Below, one piece after another: positions 36,454-46,489 of a stretch of DNA of 64,000 nucleotides. Source of the DNA: Candidatus Acidiferrales bacterium (GTDB lineage: Bacteria > Acidobacteriota > Terriglobia > Acidiferrales > UBA7541); the NCBI GenBank assembly GCA_050746725.1, contig JBOGMX010000009.1:52734-116733 (forward strand), read 5' to 3'. The notes beneath the pieces are model-generated. The model searched no databases. It saw only the letters and a list, made by a program, of their open reading frames with translations, and was not told the DNA's origin. Positions within the stretch are counted from its first letter, which is position 1; each line of letters begins with the position of its first letter. The position numbers and the translations under genes were made by a program.

Positions 36454-37215
36454 ATGCAGCCCCGTACTTTTTCGAAGTGTGTACTCGTGTTCAGCTTGCT
36501 TGCATTAGCCGCGGCCGTTGGCGGTTGCAAAAAACAGGTCGCGGCGACGACACCCGCGCCCGCGCCTGCTCCACCATCGCCACCGACGGTGACTCTCAAC
36601 GCCACCCCAACCACCATTCAATCCGGACAGACCTCCACGCTCTCGTGGTCTTCCACCAATGCCACGGATCTGGACATCGAGCCGGGCGTCGGAAAAGTTG
36701 CACCCCAGGGTTCGACGCCAGTCACTCCGGGCACTTCCACCACGTATACGATTACGGCCACGGGTTCGGGCGGCAGCGCCACGGCCAGCGCGCGCGTGGA
36801 TATCTCCACGCCTGCTGCTGCGGCAGCTCCGGCGGCAGCACAGCCTAATCTGAGCGAGCTTTTCGCGCAAAATATCAAGGACGCGTTCTTCAATTTCGAC
36901 AAATCTGAACTACGGCAAGACGCGCGCAACGCATTGACCAAGGACGCGGAGTTCCTGCGCTCCTACCCGCAGGCGCGAATTTCCGTCGAGGGTCACTGCG
37001 ACGAGCGCGGATCCACCGAGTACAACCTCGGCCTCGGGCAACGCAGGGCCGAAGCCGCGAAGAACTTCCTCATCTCGCTGGGGATTTCGGCGGACCGCAT
37101 GACCACGGTCAGCTGGGGCAAAGAACGTCCCTTCTGCACCGAGCACACGGAGGAGTGCTGGGCGAAAAATCGCCGCGCCCACATCGTCCTTGTCCAATCC
37201 GGTTCGGGCGAGTAG
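36454..37215 (+). CDS. pal: Peptidoglycan-associated lipoprotein Pal (OmpA family)
   Basis: Lipobox LALAAAVGGCKK. An Ig-like insert. The OmpA-like domain reads FNFDKSELRQDAR..EGHCDERGSTEYNLGLGQRRAEAAKNFL. Confidence 0.9.
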   Translation: MQPRTFSKCVLVFSLLALAAAVGGCKKQVAATTPAPAPAPPSPPTVTLNATPTTIQSGQTSTLSWSSTNATDLDIEPGVGKVAPQGSTPVTPGTSTTYTITATGSGGSATASARVDISTPAAAAAPAAAQPNLSELFAQNIKDAFFNFDKSELRQDARNALTKDAEFLRSYPQARISVEGHCDERGSTEYNLGLGQRRAEAAKNFLISLGISADRMTTVSWGKERPFCTEHTEECWAKNRRAHIVLVQSGSGE

Positions 37216-37229
37216 TTGAATCATCTCGT

Positions 37230-37266
37230 CGGCGGTGGGCCAGGCCCGCCGCCGGCTCTTTTTTTT
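37230..37266 (+). terminator. Rho-independent terminator after pal
   Basis: GC-rich hairpin CGGCGGTGGGCC A GGCCCGCCGCCG followed by CTCTTTTTTTT. Confidence 0.7.
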
Positions 37267-37377
37267 AGGCGCGCGGCTTTTGAAACGGATAGCCGTGCGA
37301 GAATAGACGCGGAAGATGCGCCGGGCGGCTTGTCCGCGAAGGCTAAGCCCAGTCACATCTGAGTAAGGAGGCACCCA

Positions 37378-38349
37378 TTGCGTATACGATGGATCGCGCT
37401 CGCGATTGCAGCCATGCTTTGCGGAGCGCTCGGCGGAGCGATTCTCGCTCCACAGCCGGCCGAGGCGGTTTCGCGAGAAATCATTGAGCTGCAACAGCAG
37501 GTTTCGCAGTTAATTCAGGGCCAGCAGGATTTAACCACCGCTCTGGCATCCGACACCGCGACGCTCCGCACGCTGGTGCAACAATCGCTCGATTCCTCCA
37601 GCCAGCTGCACAACCAGATGGGACAGCTTCAGAAGACAGTTCAGGACATGCAGGCGAATACGGGCTCGTCCGTCAGCTCGATGACCCAGCAGACGCAGGG
37701 AATTTCGGACAACGTGCAAGATCTCCAGGCGCGCTTCGCCAAGCTGTCACAACAATTGAACGAGCTCCAAAGCACGCTGCAGAGCATCGACGCAAAGGTT
37801 TCCGGCAGCGGCATGCCGGCTGGCGCGGCACCCGGCTCAACGACTCCGGGCAACCCCGCTCCCGCCAGTGCACCAGGTGCCACAACTCCCGATGCACCCG
37901 CGCCGCAGGGCGCTGCGGCAACTCCGGCCGGTCCCGCAGCCATGGCCCCAATTTCCGCGGACACGCTGTACCAGAACGCACTGCGCGATTACACCAGCGG
38001 AAATTACGCTCTCTCGCGGCAGGAGTTCTCCGACTACATCAAGAACTTTCCGCAAAACGACTTGGCGTCGAACGCCCAATTTTATCTCGGAGAGATCGCC
38101 TACTCGCAGGGCGATTACAAAGCCGCCATCGCTGCGTACGAAACCGTGCTGCAGAATTACCCGCAGAGCTTTAAGCTGGGCGCTTCCCTGCTAAAAAAGG
38201 GAATGTCCGAGCTGGAATTGGGACTCCGAACCAGCGCAAGACGCGACCTTCGCGAGGTCGTTCGACGGTTTCCCGGCTCGGATGAAGCGCATCGCGCCGA
38301 AGCGAAACTCCGTGAACTCAGCGTGGCTACTCCTCATACGCGGCGCTAA
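37378..38349 (+). CDS. ybgF: Tol-Pal system protein YbgF/CpoB (coiled coil plus TPR)
   Basis: Signal peptide, an N-terminal coiled coil (QQQVSQLIQGQQDL..), and a C-terminal TPR region (YQNALRDYTSGNYALSRQEF..AQFYLGEIAYSQGDYKAAIAAYETVLQNYPQS). TTG start after TAAGGAGG. Confidence 0.8.
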   Translation: MRIRWIALAIAAMLCGALGGAILAPQPAEAVSREIIELQQQVSQLIQGQQDLTTALASDTATLRTLVQQSLDSSSQLHNQMGQLQKTVQDMQANTGSSVSSMTQQTQGISDNVQDLQARFAKLSQQLNELQSTLQSIDAKVSGSGMPAGAAPGSTTPGNPAPASAPGATTPDAPAPQGAAATPAGPAAMAPISADTLYQNALRDYTSGNYALSRQEFSDYIKNFPQNDLASNAQFYLGEIAYSQGDYKAAIAAYETVLQNYPQSFKLGASLLKKGMSELELGLRTSARRDLREVVRRFPGSDEAHRAEAKLRELSVATPHTRR

Positions 38350-38551
38350 GACCAATCGGCGTGCGCGCCTTCGCGATTTCAGCGATCGTTCGCGCCGGGT
38401 CGTGCTGGCGCTGGCGCTGCTTTGGCTACGCACTTGGCCAGAAACCTGAAGTTCTGCAACGCCGTTTCTCGCCGGGGCATCCCCTGGGAACACACGAATT
38501 TGCGCAAGCTTCGGTTTTTACTCCGTGGCGTTTTCCGCTATACTCCTGCGC

Positions 38552-39004
38552 ATGTCAGTCAACAAGGCGATTCTAGTTGGGCGTTTGGGGCGCGATCCTG
38601 AGACGCGCTATACCTCGGGCGGCCAGGCGGTTGCGAATTTCACGCTGGCTACCGACGAAACATTCAAGGACCGTTCCGGCGAGCGCCAAAAGCGCACCGA
38701 GTGGCACCGCATCGTGCTCTGGGGCAAACTCGCCGAGATCGCGCAGCAATATCTGAAAAAAGGCATGCTCGTTTACGTCGAGGGCCGCATTCAGACGCGC
38801 CAGTGGGAAGATAAGCGCGATGGGCAAAAGCGCCAAACCACCGAGATCGTCGGCACGGTAATGCGAATGCTCACATCCCGGAGTGAAGGAGCTGGAATGG
38901 CTCCCAGCCCCAGCCGCCCCGCCGACGCGGACGTGGAAGGAATGATTCCGTCCGACGAACCCGCTGCAGGGCCCGAGATCTCGGACGAGGATATTCCCTT
39001 CTAA
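38552..39004 (+). CDS. ssb: Single-stranded DNA-binding protein
   Basis: [34 protein letters not shown].. OB fold and the acidic C-terminal tip DEDIPF. Confidence 0.95.
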   Translation: MSVNKAILVGRLGRDPETRYTSGGQAVANFTLATDETFKDRSGERQKRTEWHRIVLWGKLAEIAQQYLKKGMLVYVEGRIQTRQWEDKRDGQKRQTTEIVGTVMRMLTSRSEGAGMAPSPSRPADADVEGMIPSDEPAAGPEISDEDIPF

Positions 39005-39103
39005 CTCGGCTGTCGGTTGATTCTGGCCGGTGAGATCCTCGTCCGACCAAATTATTTTCGAAGAACTGGTTCGAGACTCGCGCGGCGCTCTTGGGCTCGC
39101 GCT

Positions 39104-39961
39104 TTAGTGTGTAGCGCCGTTGCCGTTCGCCTGCGGATTCTCGACGCCCTGCACCAGATCATCCTCCAGCGATGGAAGCGTCGGCAACACTTCGGCCGCC
39201 ACCGACCGATTTTGGATGAGAACGTCCTTCTTGGTGCGGCCGTCGCGGAATTCGATGGCTCGCTTGGCGTACTGAGCGATATCGGTCTCGTGCGTGACGA
39301 TTACGACCGTCAGTCCGTGCTCGGTATTCAGCCGTTGAAAAATATCCATGATCTCGACGCTCGTGCGGCTGTCCAGGTTGCCCGTCGGCTCGTCCGCCAG
39401 GAGCAACGATGGGTTGTTCACCAGCGCGCGCGCTATCGCCACGCGCTGCTGCTGCCCCCCCGATAGCTGCGACGGATAATGGCCGGTCCGTTGCGCTAGG
39501 CCAACCCGGTTGAGGGCCTCCAAGCCGCGTCGCTCGCGCTCCGCCGGTGGAACGCCAGCATAGATAGTGGGCAGTTCGACGTTTTCGAGCGCGGACGTTC
39601 TCGATAGAAGATTGAACTGCTGAAAGACGAACCCGATCTTCTGGCTCCGGATTTTAGCTAGCTCCTGCCTTGTAAGGCCGGAGACATCCTTGCCATCGAG
39701 AAAGTATTGGCCTCGCGTGGGTTTATCGAGGCAGCCGATGATATTCATGAGCGTCGATTTGCCCGAGCCCGAAGCGCCCATGATGGCCACGAATTCTCCG
39801 CGATAAACATCCAGTGAGATTCCTCGCAAAGCATGCACCTGGATTTCGCCCAGATCGTACGTCTTGTGTATGCCCTCCAGATGTATCGTTGGGGTGCCAT
39901 TTTCGGTGGAGGAGGAATTTTGTTTCGTGGAGGCTTGTGCTGTGGGTGAATTTTCGTTCAT
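39104..39961 (-). CDS. ABC transporter ATP-binding protein (MacB/LolD-like ATPase), no adjacent permease
   Basis: Walker [10 protein letters not shown], signature [15 protein letters not shown], Walker [13 protein letters not shown]. It also has N- and C-terminal extensions. Confidence 0.9.
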   Translation of the reverse strand: MNENSPTAQASTKQNSSSTENGTPTIHLEGIHKTYDLGEIQVHALRGISLDVYRGEFVAIMGASGSGKSTLMNIIGCLDKPTRGQYFLDGKDVSGLTRQELAKIRSQKIGFVFQQFNLLSRTSALENVELPTIYAGVPPAERERRGLEALNRVGLAQRTGHYPSQLSGGQQQRVAIARALVNNPSLLLADEPTGNLDSRTSVEIMDIFQRLNTEHGLTVVIVTHETDIAQYAKRAIEFRDGRTKKDVLIQNRSVAAEVLPTLPSLEDDLVQGVENPQANGNGATH

Positions 39962-40044
39962 GAGAGTTGGCCGGATAGTTCCCTTCGATCGGGCACGCGC
40001 CGCCCGCTAAGTTTCACGCGCGGAAAAAGAATCGCCTCCACGCG

Positions 40045-40473
40045 CTAGTGTCCGGAAGAGGCTGCGGCGGCTGCAGCGGCTTGCGCTCTCCGCAGTTGAT
40101 CCACGCGTTTCATGTACGCGTCAAATTTCGGTATCTGCGAAGGCGTCAAGATTGCGCGAATGCGAGCCCGCCCCTCCTGCCGAATGGCTTCCTTTTGCGT
40201 ATCGAGAGGCGCGTACAGAGCCTTCCACCTCGCCATCGTATCGTCCATGATCGCCGAAAGCTGCTTTCGCTGGTCGGGCGTAATCCGCACCTGCTGGCAA
40301 AAATTATCAATCAATTGGTCCCGGGTTTGGTGTCCAGTCGACGTCGCCATCATCTGCTCGCCCGAAACGTGTTTGTTCCACAGGTGATTGCCGATGCCGC
40401 CGAACACGACGCCCAGCACAAAAACAGCAATGAACAAAATAGCTGCCTCGCGGCGCGCTTTAGTGGTTTCCAT
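40045..40473 (-). CDS. Spy/CpxP-like periplasmic protein (LTxxQ-type motifs) with an N-terminal anchor
   Basis: TM segment AAILFIAVFVLGVVFGGIG, then helical repeats containing ITPDQRKQL and LTPSQIPKF. Confidence 0.65.
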   Translation of the reverse strand: METTKARREAAILFIAVFVLGVVFGGIGNHLWNKHVSGEQMMATSTGHQTRDQLIDNFCQQVRITPDQRKQLSAIMDDTMARWKALYAPLDTQKEAIRQEGRARIRAILTPSQIPKFDAYMKRVDQLRRAQAAAAAAASSGH

Positions 40474-40975
40474 GACCGGTTTCCGCTACCATTATCAGTA
40501 CTTCATCTCGATCCGCCGGCGGCTGCGCCGGGTCGGAAGCAAACAGAAAATCTGTCGCCTGTATAGGACGTACCGCTACTTGATTCGGTTGCGGATGACG
40601 AGCGCTTCCTGCGTCATACGCCACCAGCGCGATCAGCGCCAGCGCGGCGGTGGCCGCAAAGCGCCAACCCAATGTCACCAGAGACTGCCAGAAACCAGCT
40701 CGGTCGGCGGACATTTCCGATTCCGCTGCCCGAACCCTGGCCATCACCATCCGCGAAAAACCGGGGTTAGGACTCGTCTGCTCCGGCGCGGCCGCGCGAA
40801 ATACCCGCGCGCTCGCCCGAGCCATCTCGAAGGCTTCGCGGCATACCGCGCAATCTTTCATGTGCTCTTCGGCGCGCTTCGCGTCTATCTGGTTCAAACC
40901 CAAGTCGACGTAGTCCTCCAGCAGCGCCTCGAATTGCGAACATGCCGTGCTCGGCAATGCCATGTCAGCGGTCAT
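40460..40975 (-). CDS. Anti-sigma factor (zf-HC2 type)
   Basis: N-terminal ..C..FEALLEDY.D..L......EEHMKDCAVCREAFE (H-x3-C-x2-C) and a central TM segment. Sits immediately downstream of the ECF sigma gene. Confidence 0.75.
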   Translation of the reverse strand: MTADMALPSTACSQFEALLEDYVDLGLNQIDAKRAEEHMKDCAVCREAFEMARASARVFRAAAPEQTSPNPGFSRMVMARVRAAESEMSADRAGFWQSLVTLGWRFAATAALALIALVAYDAGSARHPQPNQVAVRPIQATDFLFASDPAQPPADRDEVLIMVAETGHGNH

Positions 40976-40978
40976 GCT

Positions 40979-41662
40979 TCACTCCTTCCTCCGCACAGCG
41001 GAAGCGGACCCTGCTTTGTGAGACGAATCCAGGCGGCGGCGATACATCTCCATAATTTTGCCCCGCGCCCGGAACAACCGTACTTTCACCGTGTTCACGT
41101 TCAACTTTAAAATCTCCGCGAGTTCCTGCACCGAAAAACCCGACATTTCCTTCAGGACCAGCAATTCCCGATCTTGCTCCGGCAGCATCTCGAGCATGCG
41201 CTCCAGCATTTCTCGCGCTTCAGCGCGTTCGTCCGGCCCCTCGGGCGGATGCGTCAACGACACGATACCGTCCAGCCGCGAAACCTGCTCTTCCGAAAGA
41301 TCGGCCTCGTAAACCAGGGGCCGCACTTTTTTCTTCCGCAAATAGTCCCAGCATTCGTTTACCGCAATTTTGTAAAGCCAGGTCGAAAACGCCGCGCGCT
41401 GATCGAATTTCTTGATCCCCAGGTAGGCTTTCAAAAACACCTGCTGGGCCACGTCCTCCACGTCTTCCGGGCGCCTCAGGATCCCTCCCACCAGCGCGAA
41501 TACCCGCTGCTGGTGTCGGCGCACCAGTTCCTCAAACGCGCTCTGGACGCCGCTCTGGCACTCGCGAACAAGTGCCCGGTCGTCCTCCTGCTTCCCCACT
41601 CTGTTCAGCGGCAGGGTTATCGCCGGAGCGCTGGATACCATGTCTTTAATGACGTGTGCCAT
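40979..41662 (-). CDS. ECF (sigma-70 family) RNA polymerase sigma factor
   Basis: Region 2 (FEELVRRHQQRVFALV..DVAQQVFLKAY..FSTWLYKIAVNECWDYLRKK) and region 4 (ELAEILKLNVNTVKVRLFRARGKI). Confidence 0.9.
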   Translation of the reverse strand: MAHVIKDMVSSAPAITLPLNRVGKQEDDRALVRECQSGVQSAFEELVRRHQQRVFALVGGILRRPEDVEDVAQQVFLKAYLGIKKFDQRAAFSTWLYKIAVNECWDYLRKKKVRPLVYEADLSEEQVSRLDGIVSLTHPPEGPDERAEAREMLERMLEMLPEQDRELLVLKEMSGFSVQELAEILKLNVNTVKVRLFRARGKIMEMYRRRLDSSHKAGSASAVRRKE

Positions 41663-41746
41663 CGCAATTAGGTTACTGCCGGCGCGCCCCCCGTTGTATA
41701 CAATTTGTTCTTGCAGGCATCACTAGCGCCATGTAACAATACCCCC

Positions 41747-42118
41747 ATGATAATCGGAGAGCGTATTCGCTTGCTACGCGAAACAAAAAAACTTTCTCAG
41801 GGCGACATCGAAAAGCGCACCGGCCTGCTACGCTGCTACATATCGCGCGTTGAGAACGGCCACACCGTTCCGGCGATCGAGACGCTGGAGAAGCTGGCCC
41901 GCGCCATGGAAGTGCCGCTCTACCAACTATTCTACGACGGCGAGGAGCCGCCTGAGCTACCGAATCTTCCGAAAAGGAAGAGTGCCGATGATATCGCCTG
42001 GGGCAGCACCGGCAAAGAAGCCCGCTTCTTGGGCCGCTTCCGCCGCTTGCTCGGGCGCATCGAAGAGGGCGACCGCCGACTGCTGCTGTATATGGCTCAG
42101 AAGATGGCCAACCGCTAG
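41747..42118 (+). CDS. XRE-family helix-turn-helix transcriptional regulator
   Basis: IGERIRLLRETKKLSQGDIEKRTGLLRCYISRVENGHTVPAIETLEKLARAMEV. Confidence 0.8.
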   Translation: MIIGERIRLLRETKKLSQGDIEKRTGLLRCYISRVENGHTVPAIETLEKLARAMEVPLYQLFYDGEEPPELPNLPKRKSADDIAWGSTGKEARFLGRFRRLLGRIEEGDRRLLLYMAQKMANR

Positions 42119-42221
42119 CAGCTTTCATCGCCGGCCCCAAATAGCCAATTTATAGCGAATCCGGCACCGTAGGTATGGCTGCCCCACGGCGTTGTTCTTT
42201 ATTCATTTATCCGCCCTGCGG

Positions 42222-43844
42222 CTATTCCCACTCAATCGTGCTCGGCGGTTTCGAACTGATGTCGTAGACGACCCGATTAACCCCAGGCACTTCGTTCACG
42301 ATCCGCGTCGAGATTCGTTCCAGCACGTCCATCGGCAGCCGGTACCAATCGGCCGTCATTGCGTCGAGGGACTCCACCACCCTCACGGCAATGGTATCAC
42401 CATACGTTCGCCCATCCCCCATCACTCCGACGCTTTGCACGGGCAGCAGCACCGCAAACGCCTGCCACACCTTGTCATAAATCCCGGCGCGGCGAATTTC
42501 CTCCACCACCACTGCGTCCGCGATACGCAATGTCTCCAGCCGATCTCGGCTTACATCTCCAAGCACCCGTACAGCTAAGCCCGGACCCGGAAACGGATGC
42601 TTAACCAAAATTTCGTCCGGCAAGCCCAGTTCCCTGCCGATGCCCCGGACTTCATCCTTAAAAAGGTCGCGCAGCGGTTCGATCAGACTGAACGGCATAT
42701 TCGCTGGCAATCCGCCCACGTTGTGGTGCGACTTGATCACCGCGGAAGGCCCCTTCACGGAGATCGATTCAATCACGTCGGGATAGAGAGTGCCTTGCAC
42801 CAGAAATTTCACCGACAGCCCACCGGACGCGGAGTCCGCCAGCTTTCTTGCCTCCTCCGCGAACACGTAAACGAACTCGTTCCCGATAATCTTCCGCTTT
42901 TGCTCCGGATCGGTGACGCCTTTCAATTTGCTCAAAAAGCGCTCGGACGCGTCGATGCCAATCACCTGCAACCCGAGCCGGACGCGGAGCAGTTCGAGGG
43001 TATCCGCGAACTCGTTCCCTCGCAGCAGGCCGGTATCGACAAACACGTTCGTCAGCCGGCCGCCAATGGCCTGGCTCACCAGCGCCGCAGCTACAGCCGA
43101 ATCCACGCCTCCGCTCAGTGCGCAGATCGCCCGCGTACCTTCCGCCTGCCTGCGAATGGCGTCGATGGATCCGGCGATAAAACCCAAGCGGTTCCAATTT
43201 CGCTTCGCGCCGCAAATCGCGAAGACGAAGTTGCGCAGAATCTCCGTCCCGCGATCGGTGTGCTGCACCTCCGGATGAAATTCCACGCCGTAAATCTTTT
43301 TTGCTGGATTCTCAACGGCGGCGACGGCATTGTCCGTACGCCCGGTAACGTGAAACCCCTCCGGCAGTCCGGCCACATGGTCGCCGTGGCTATTCCAGAT
43401 CCTCAGCGTTCCCGGCAAGCCCGTAAAGAGCGGCGACGAACCTTCGACTTCGAGTTGCGCGCGCCCGTATTCGCGCCGGTCGGCGCGCTCCACGCGGCCG
43501 CCCAGCTTCTGGGTTAGCCACTGCATGCCGTAACAAATGCCGAGCACCGGAATGCCAAGCTCCAGCACGTGCGGATCGCAGACTGGCGCGTCTTTTTCGT
43601 ACACGGAACTGGGGCCACCCGAAAGCACGAGTCCAACCGGCGCGTACTTTCTCACTTCTTCGATCGAAGCCGTGCACGGCAGCACCGCCGAGAACACCTC
43701 CTGCTCGCGAATCCGCCGCGCAATCAGTTGCGTATATTGCCCTCCGAAATCCAGTACGACAATGCCGCCGCGCGTCCCCGCTGAACTTTCGGACGTCTTC
43801 TGCAAAGCCGCTCCGCCTTCAGTCATGGTTTTGCGCTCACCCAC
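42222..43844 (-). CDS. guaA: GMP synthase (glutamine-hydrolysing)
   Basis: GATase domain ([26 protein letters not shown]), ATP-PPase SGGVDS, and the conserved C-terminal end PPSTIEWE. Confidence 0.95.
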   Translation of the reverse strand: MGERKTMTEGGAALQKTSESSAGTRGGIVVLDFGGQYTQLIARRIREQEVFSAVLPCTASIEEVRKYAPVGLVLSGGPSSVYEKDAPVCDPHVLELGIPVLGICYGMQWLTQKLGGRVERADRREYGRAQLEVEGSSPLFTGLPGTLRIWNSHGDHVAGLPEGFHVTGRTDNAVAAVENPAKKIYGVEFHPEVQHTDRGTEILRNFVFAICGAKRNWNRLGFIAGSIDAIRRQAEGTRAICALSGGVDSAVAAALVSQAIGGRLTNVFVDTGLLRGNEFADTLELLRVRLGLQVIGIDASERFLSKLKGVTDPEQKRKIIGNEFVYVFAEEARKLADSASGGLSVKFLVQGTLYPDVIESISVKGPSAVIKSHHNVGGLPANMPFSLIEPLRDLFKDEVRGIGRELGLPDEILVKHPFPGPGLAVRVLGDVSRDRLETLRIADAVVVEEIRRAGIYDKVWQAFAVLLPVQSVGVMGDGRTYGDTIAVRVVESLDAMTADWYRLPMDVLERISTRIVNEVPGVNRVVYDISSKPPSTIEWE

Positions 43845-43950
43845 TTAGCGCCGCTCCATCGATTGGAAAAACTCAAATCGGACGTACATCTATCCAGAGA
43901 ATATCACGAACCGGGGCGATCTTCGGGCGGCCAAAGGCAATGCCGCAGCG

Positions 43951-46443
43951 CTATCTCAAGACGATATTCACCAGCTTATTGGGTACCACCACAATCTTCA
44001 CCAGATGCCCGCTGGCGATCAGAGGGGCGATCCGAGGGTCGGTGGTCGCCCGTTCGCGCAATTGTTCCTGATCGAGTCCTTCATCCACCATCACCTTGCC
44101 GCGTACCCGTCCGTTGATCTGAATCACGATCTCCACCTGCTCCTCGCGTGCCAGGTCTGTGCGGTACGCCGGCCATTTTTGGCGGAAAATGCCCTCGGAA
44201 TGGCCCAGCATTTCCCACAATTCTTCGGCAATGTGCGGCGCCATCGGCGAAAGCATCAGCAGGAGTCCCTCCAGGATGCTCTTGAGGGCAGCCGGTGCCA
44301 CGTCTTGTTCCAGCGGCTCTTGCGCCACCAGGTGGTTCACCAGTTCCATGGTCAGCGCGATTGAGGTATTGAAATGCCAGCGCGTCTCGAAATCCTCGGT
44401 CACGCGCTTGAGCGTCTGATGCAGTCTGCGAACCAGCAGCTTTTCCTTGGCGGTCGAACCTGCATCCTCTGCACCCGCCGAAGATATGCCTTTCAATCGC
44501 GGCCCATGCCTGTCCACCAACCGGAATACACGACTCAGGAACCGCGCCGCTCCTTCGATTCCCTGCTCGCTCCACTCCAGATCTTTTTCTGGCGGCGCCG
44601 CAAACAACGTGTACATCCGCCCGGTATCGCAGCCGTATTTCTCGGCCATTTCGATCGCGCCCACCACATTGCCGCGTGATTTCGACATGGCCACGCCGCC
44701 CTTTTGCACCATCCCCTGCGTGAAAAGCCGCGCAATCGGCTCGTCGTGATTGACGAGATTCAGGTCCTGCATGACCTTGCAGAAAAACCGCGAATACAGT
44801 AGGTGCAAAATGGCGTGTGTGATTCCACCCACGTACTGGTCGATTTGAAACCAATACGCGACTTTCGATCTATCAAATGGTGCGCTGCTGTTATGCGGGT
44901 CCGTGTATCGATAGAAATACCAGGACGAATCGACAAACGTGTCCATCGTATCCGTCTCGCGCCGCGCTGGACCACCGCATTTCGGGCATGTGGTGTTGAG
45001 CCATTCCGGAACGCCGGCTAGAGGCGATTGCCCCTGACCGGTTAACGCAACATTGTCCGGGAGCTTCACCGGTAGCTGACCATCGGGAATCGGCACGATA
45101 CCATCGCGATCGCAATACACCACTGGTATCGGAGTCCCCCAGTAGCGCTGCCGCGAAATACCCCAATCTTTCAGGCGATAGGTGGTCTCTCCGTTTCCGA
45201 ATCTTTTCGACGCCGCGTCCGAGGTCATTTTCTCGATCGCCTGCTCGGACGTAAGGCCCACGTACGGCCCAGAGTCAACCAGTCGCCCGTATTCGGTAAA
45301 CGCCTCGCGCATGCGGTCAGCGCGCAGAGCTTCGCCGGAAACCGGCTGCACCACAACTTTTACTGGTAGATGGTACCTTTCCGCGAATTCAAAATCCCGC
45401 TGGTCGTGCGCCGGAACGCACATCACCGCGCCCGTCCCATACTCCGCCAGGACAAAATTTCCCACCCAGACAGGTGCATTCTCGCCCGAAAACGGGTTCA
45501 CCGCAAACTTGCCGGTGAAGAAGCCCTCTTTTTCAGCGGTCGCAATATCCGCGGCTTTGGTGCTCTGCTGCAGCATCGACTTGATCTGCGCATCGATGGC
45601 CGCGCGGCCATGAACGCCTTCCAGCAGTTCGTTCAGTTTGGGGTGTCCAGGGGCAATCACCACCGCCGAGACGCCATAAATGGTGTCGACGCGCGTGGTG
45701 AAAACTTCGAGATCCAAATCCATTCCGTCGACAGGAAACTTCACTAGCGTGCCGCGCGATTTGCCGATCCAGTTCTGCTGCATCAGCAGAACGCGCTCCG
45801 GCCAGCCGCTACGCAGATGTTCCATGCTGGCGAGAAGTTCGTCCGAATATTGCGTAATTCGCAGAAACCACTGTTCGAGTTCCTTCACTTCCACTCGCGT
45901 GGTTTCGTGCCGCCAGCAAAAGCCGTCGATCACCTGCTCATTCGCCAACACGGTCGCGCAGTCCGGGCACCAGTTCACCTTGCTCTTTTTGCGAAACGCG
46001 ATGCCCTTTTCCAGCATGCGCAGGAACAACCACTGATTCCAGCGATAGTACTCCGGCTCGCACGTCGAGATCTCGCGGTCCCAATCGTAGCTAAATCCGA
46101 AGCGCCGCAGGACGCGACGAAACTCGTGGATATTCGCGTTGGTCCATTCGCGCGGGTGAATGCCCGCCTTGATGGCCGCATTTTCGGCCGGCAGCCCGAA
46201 TGCGTCCCAACCCATGGGATGCAGGACGTTGTAGCCGCACATGCGCTTGTACCGCGCCACCGCGTCCCCGATGGTGTAGTTGCGCATGTGGCCCATGTGC
46301 AGCGTGCCGGAGGGATACGGCAGCATTTCCAGGACGTAATATTTCTTGCGCTCAGAGTCGCCGTCGATGGCGCGGAATACGCCGTGTTCTTCCCAAACCT
46401 TCTGCCATTTTAGTTCGATCTTCTGCGGGTCGTAATCCGCCAC
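43951..46443 (-). CDS. leuS: Leucine--tRNA ligase
   Basis: HIGH-type motif PSGTLHMGHMRNY and KMSKS-type motif VAMSKSRGN. I start at the GTG at 46443 (MADYDPQKIELKWQKVWEE), with GGAGAG 4 nt upstream of the GTG. The track extension to 46635 is Arg-rich and would overlap nfo. Confidence 0.93.
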   Translation of the reverse strand: MADYDPQKIELKWQKVWEEHGVFRAIDGDSERKKYYVLEMLPYPSGTLHMGHMRNYTIGDAVARYKRMCGYNVLHPMGWDAFGLPAENAAIKAGIHPREWTNANIHEFRRVLRRFGFSYDWDREISTCEPEYYRWNQWLFLRMLEKGIAFRKKSKVNWCPDCATVLANEQVIDGFCWRHETTRVEVKELEQWFLRITQYSDELLASMEHLRSGWPERVLLMQQNWIGKSRGTLVKFPVDGMDLDLEVFTTRVDTIYGVSAVVIAPGHPKLNELLEGVHGRAAIDAQIKSMLQQSTKAADIATAEKEGFFTGKFAVNPFSGENAPVWVGNFVLAEYGTGAVMCVPAHDQRDFEFAERYHLPVKVVVQPVSGEALRADRMREAFTEYGRLVDSGPYVGLTSEQAIEKMTSDAASKRFGNGETTYRLKDWGISRQRYWGTPIPVVYCDRDGIVPIPDGQLPVKLPDNVALTGQGQSPLAGVPEWLNTTCPKCGGPARRETDTMDTFVDSSWYFYRYTDPHNSSAPFDRSKVAYWFQIDQYVGGITHAILHLLYSRFFCKVMQDLNLVNHDEPIARLFTQGMVQKGGVAMSKSRGNVVGAIEMAEKYGCDTGRMYTLFAAPPEKDLEWSEQGIEGAARFLSRVFRLVDRHGPRLKGISSAGAEDAGSTAKEKLLVRRLHQTLKRVTEDFETRWHFNTSIALTMELVNHLVAQEPLEQDVAPAALKSILEGLLLMLSPMAPHIAEELWEMLGHSEGIFRQKWPAYRTDLAREEQVEIVIQINGRVRGKVMVDEGLDQEQLRERATTDPRIAPLIASGHLVKIVVVPNKLVNIVLR

Positions 46444-46489
46444 TAGTCTCTCCGCTTCCGGTTTCTCGACGAAATGTTCTGGCGAAGCC

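Noticed and set aside
42597-43517. 306-aa plus-strand ORF, and similar long antisense ORFs at 20052-20861, 9645-10265, 58071-58853 and 31676-32200
   Set aside because: All lie antisense to, or out of frame with, genes that carry strong family motifs (guaA, the MocR-like regulator, the MFP, sulfite reductase, the PilZ protein). Their composition is the Arg/Gly/Ala/Pro bias expected from non-coding frames of GC-rich genes.
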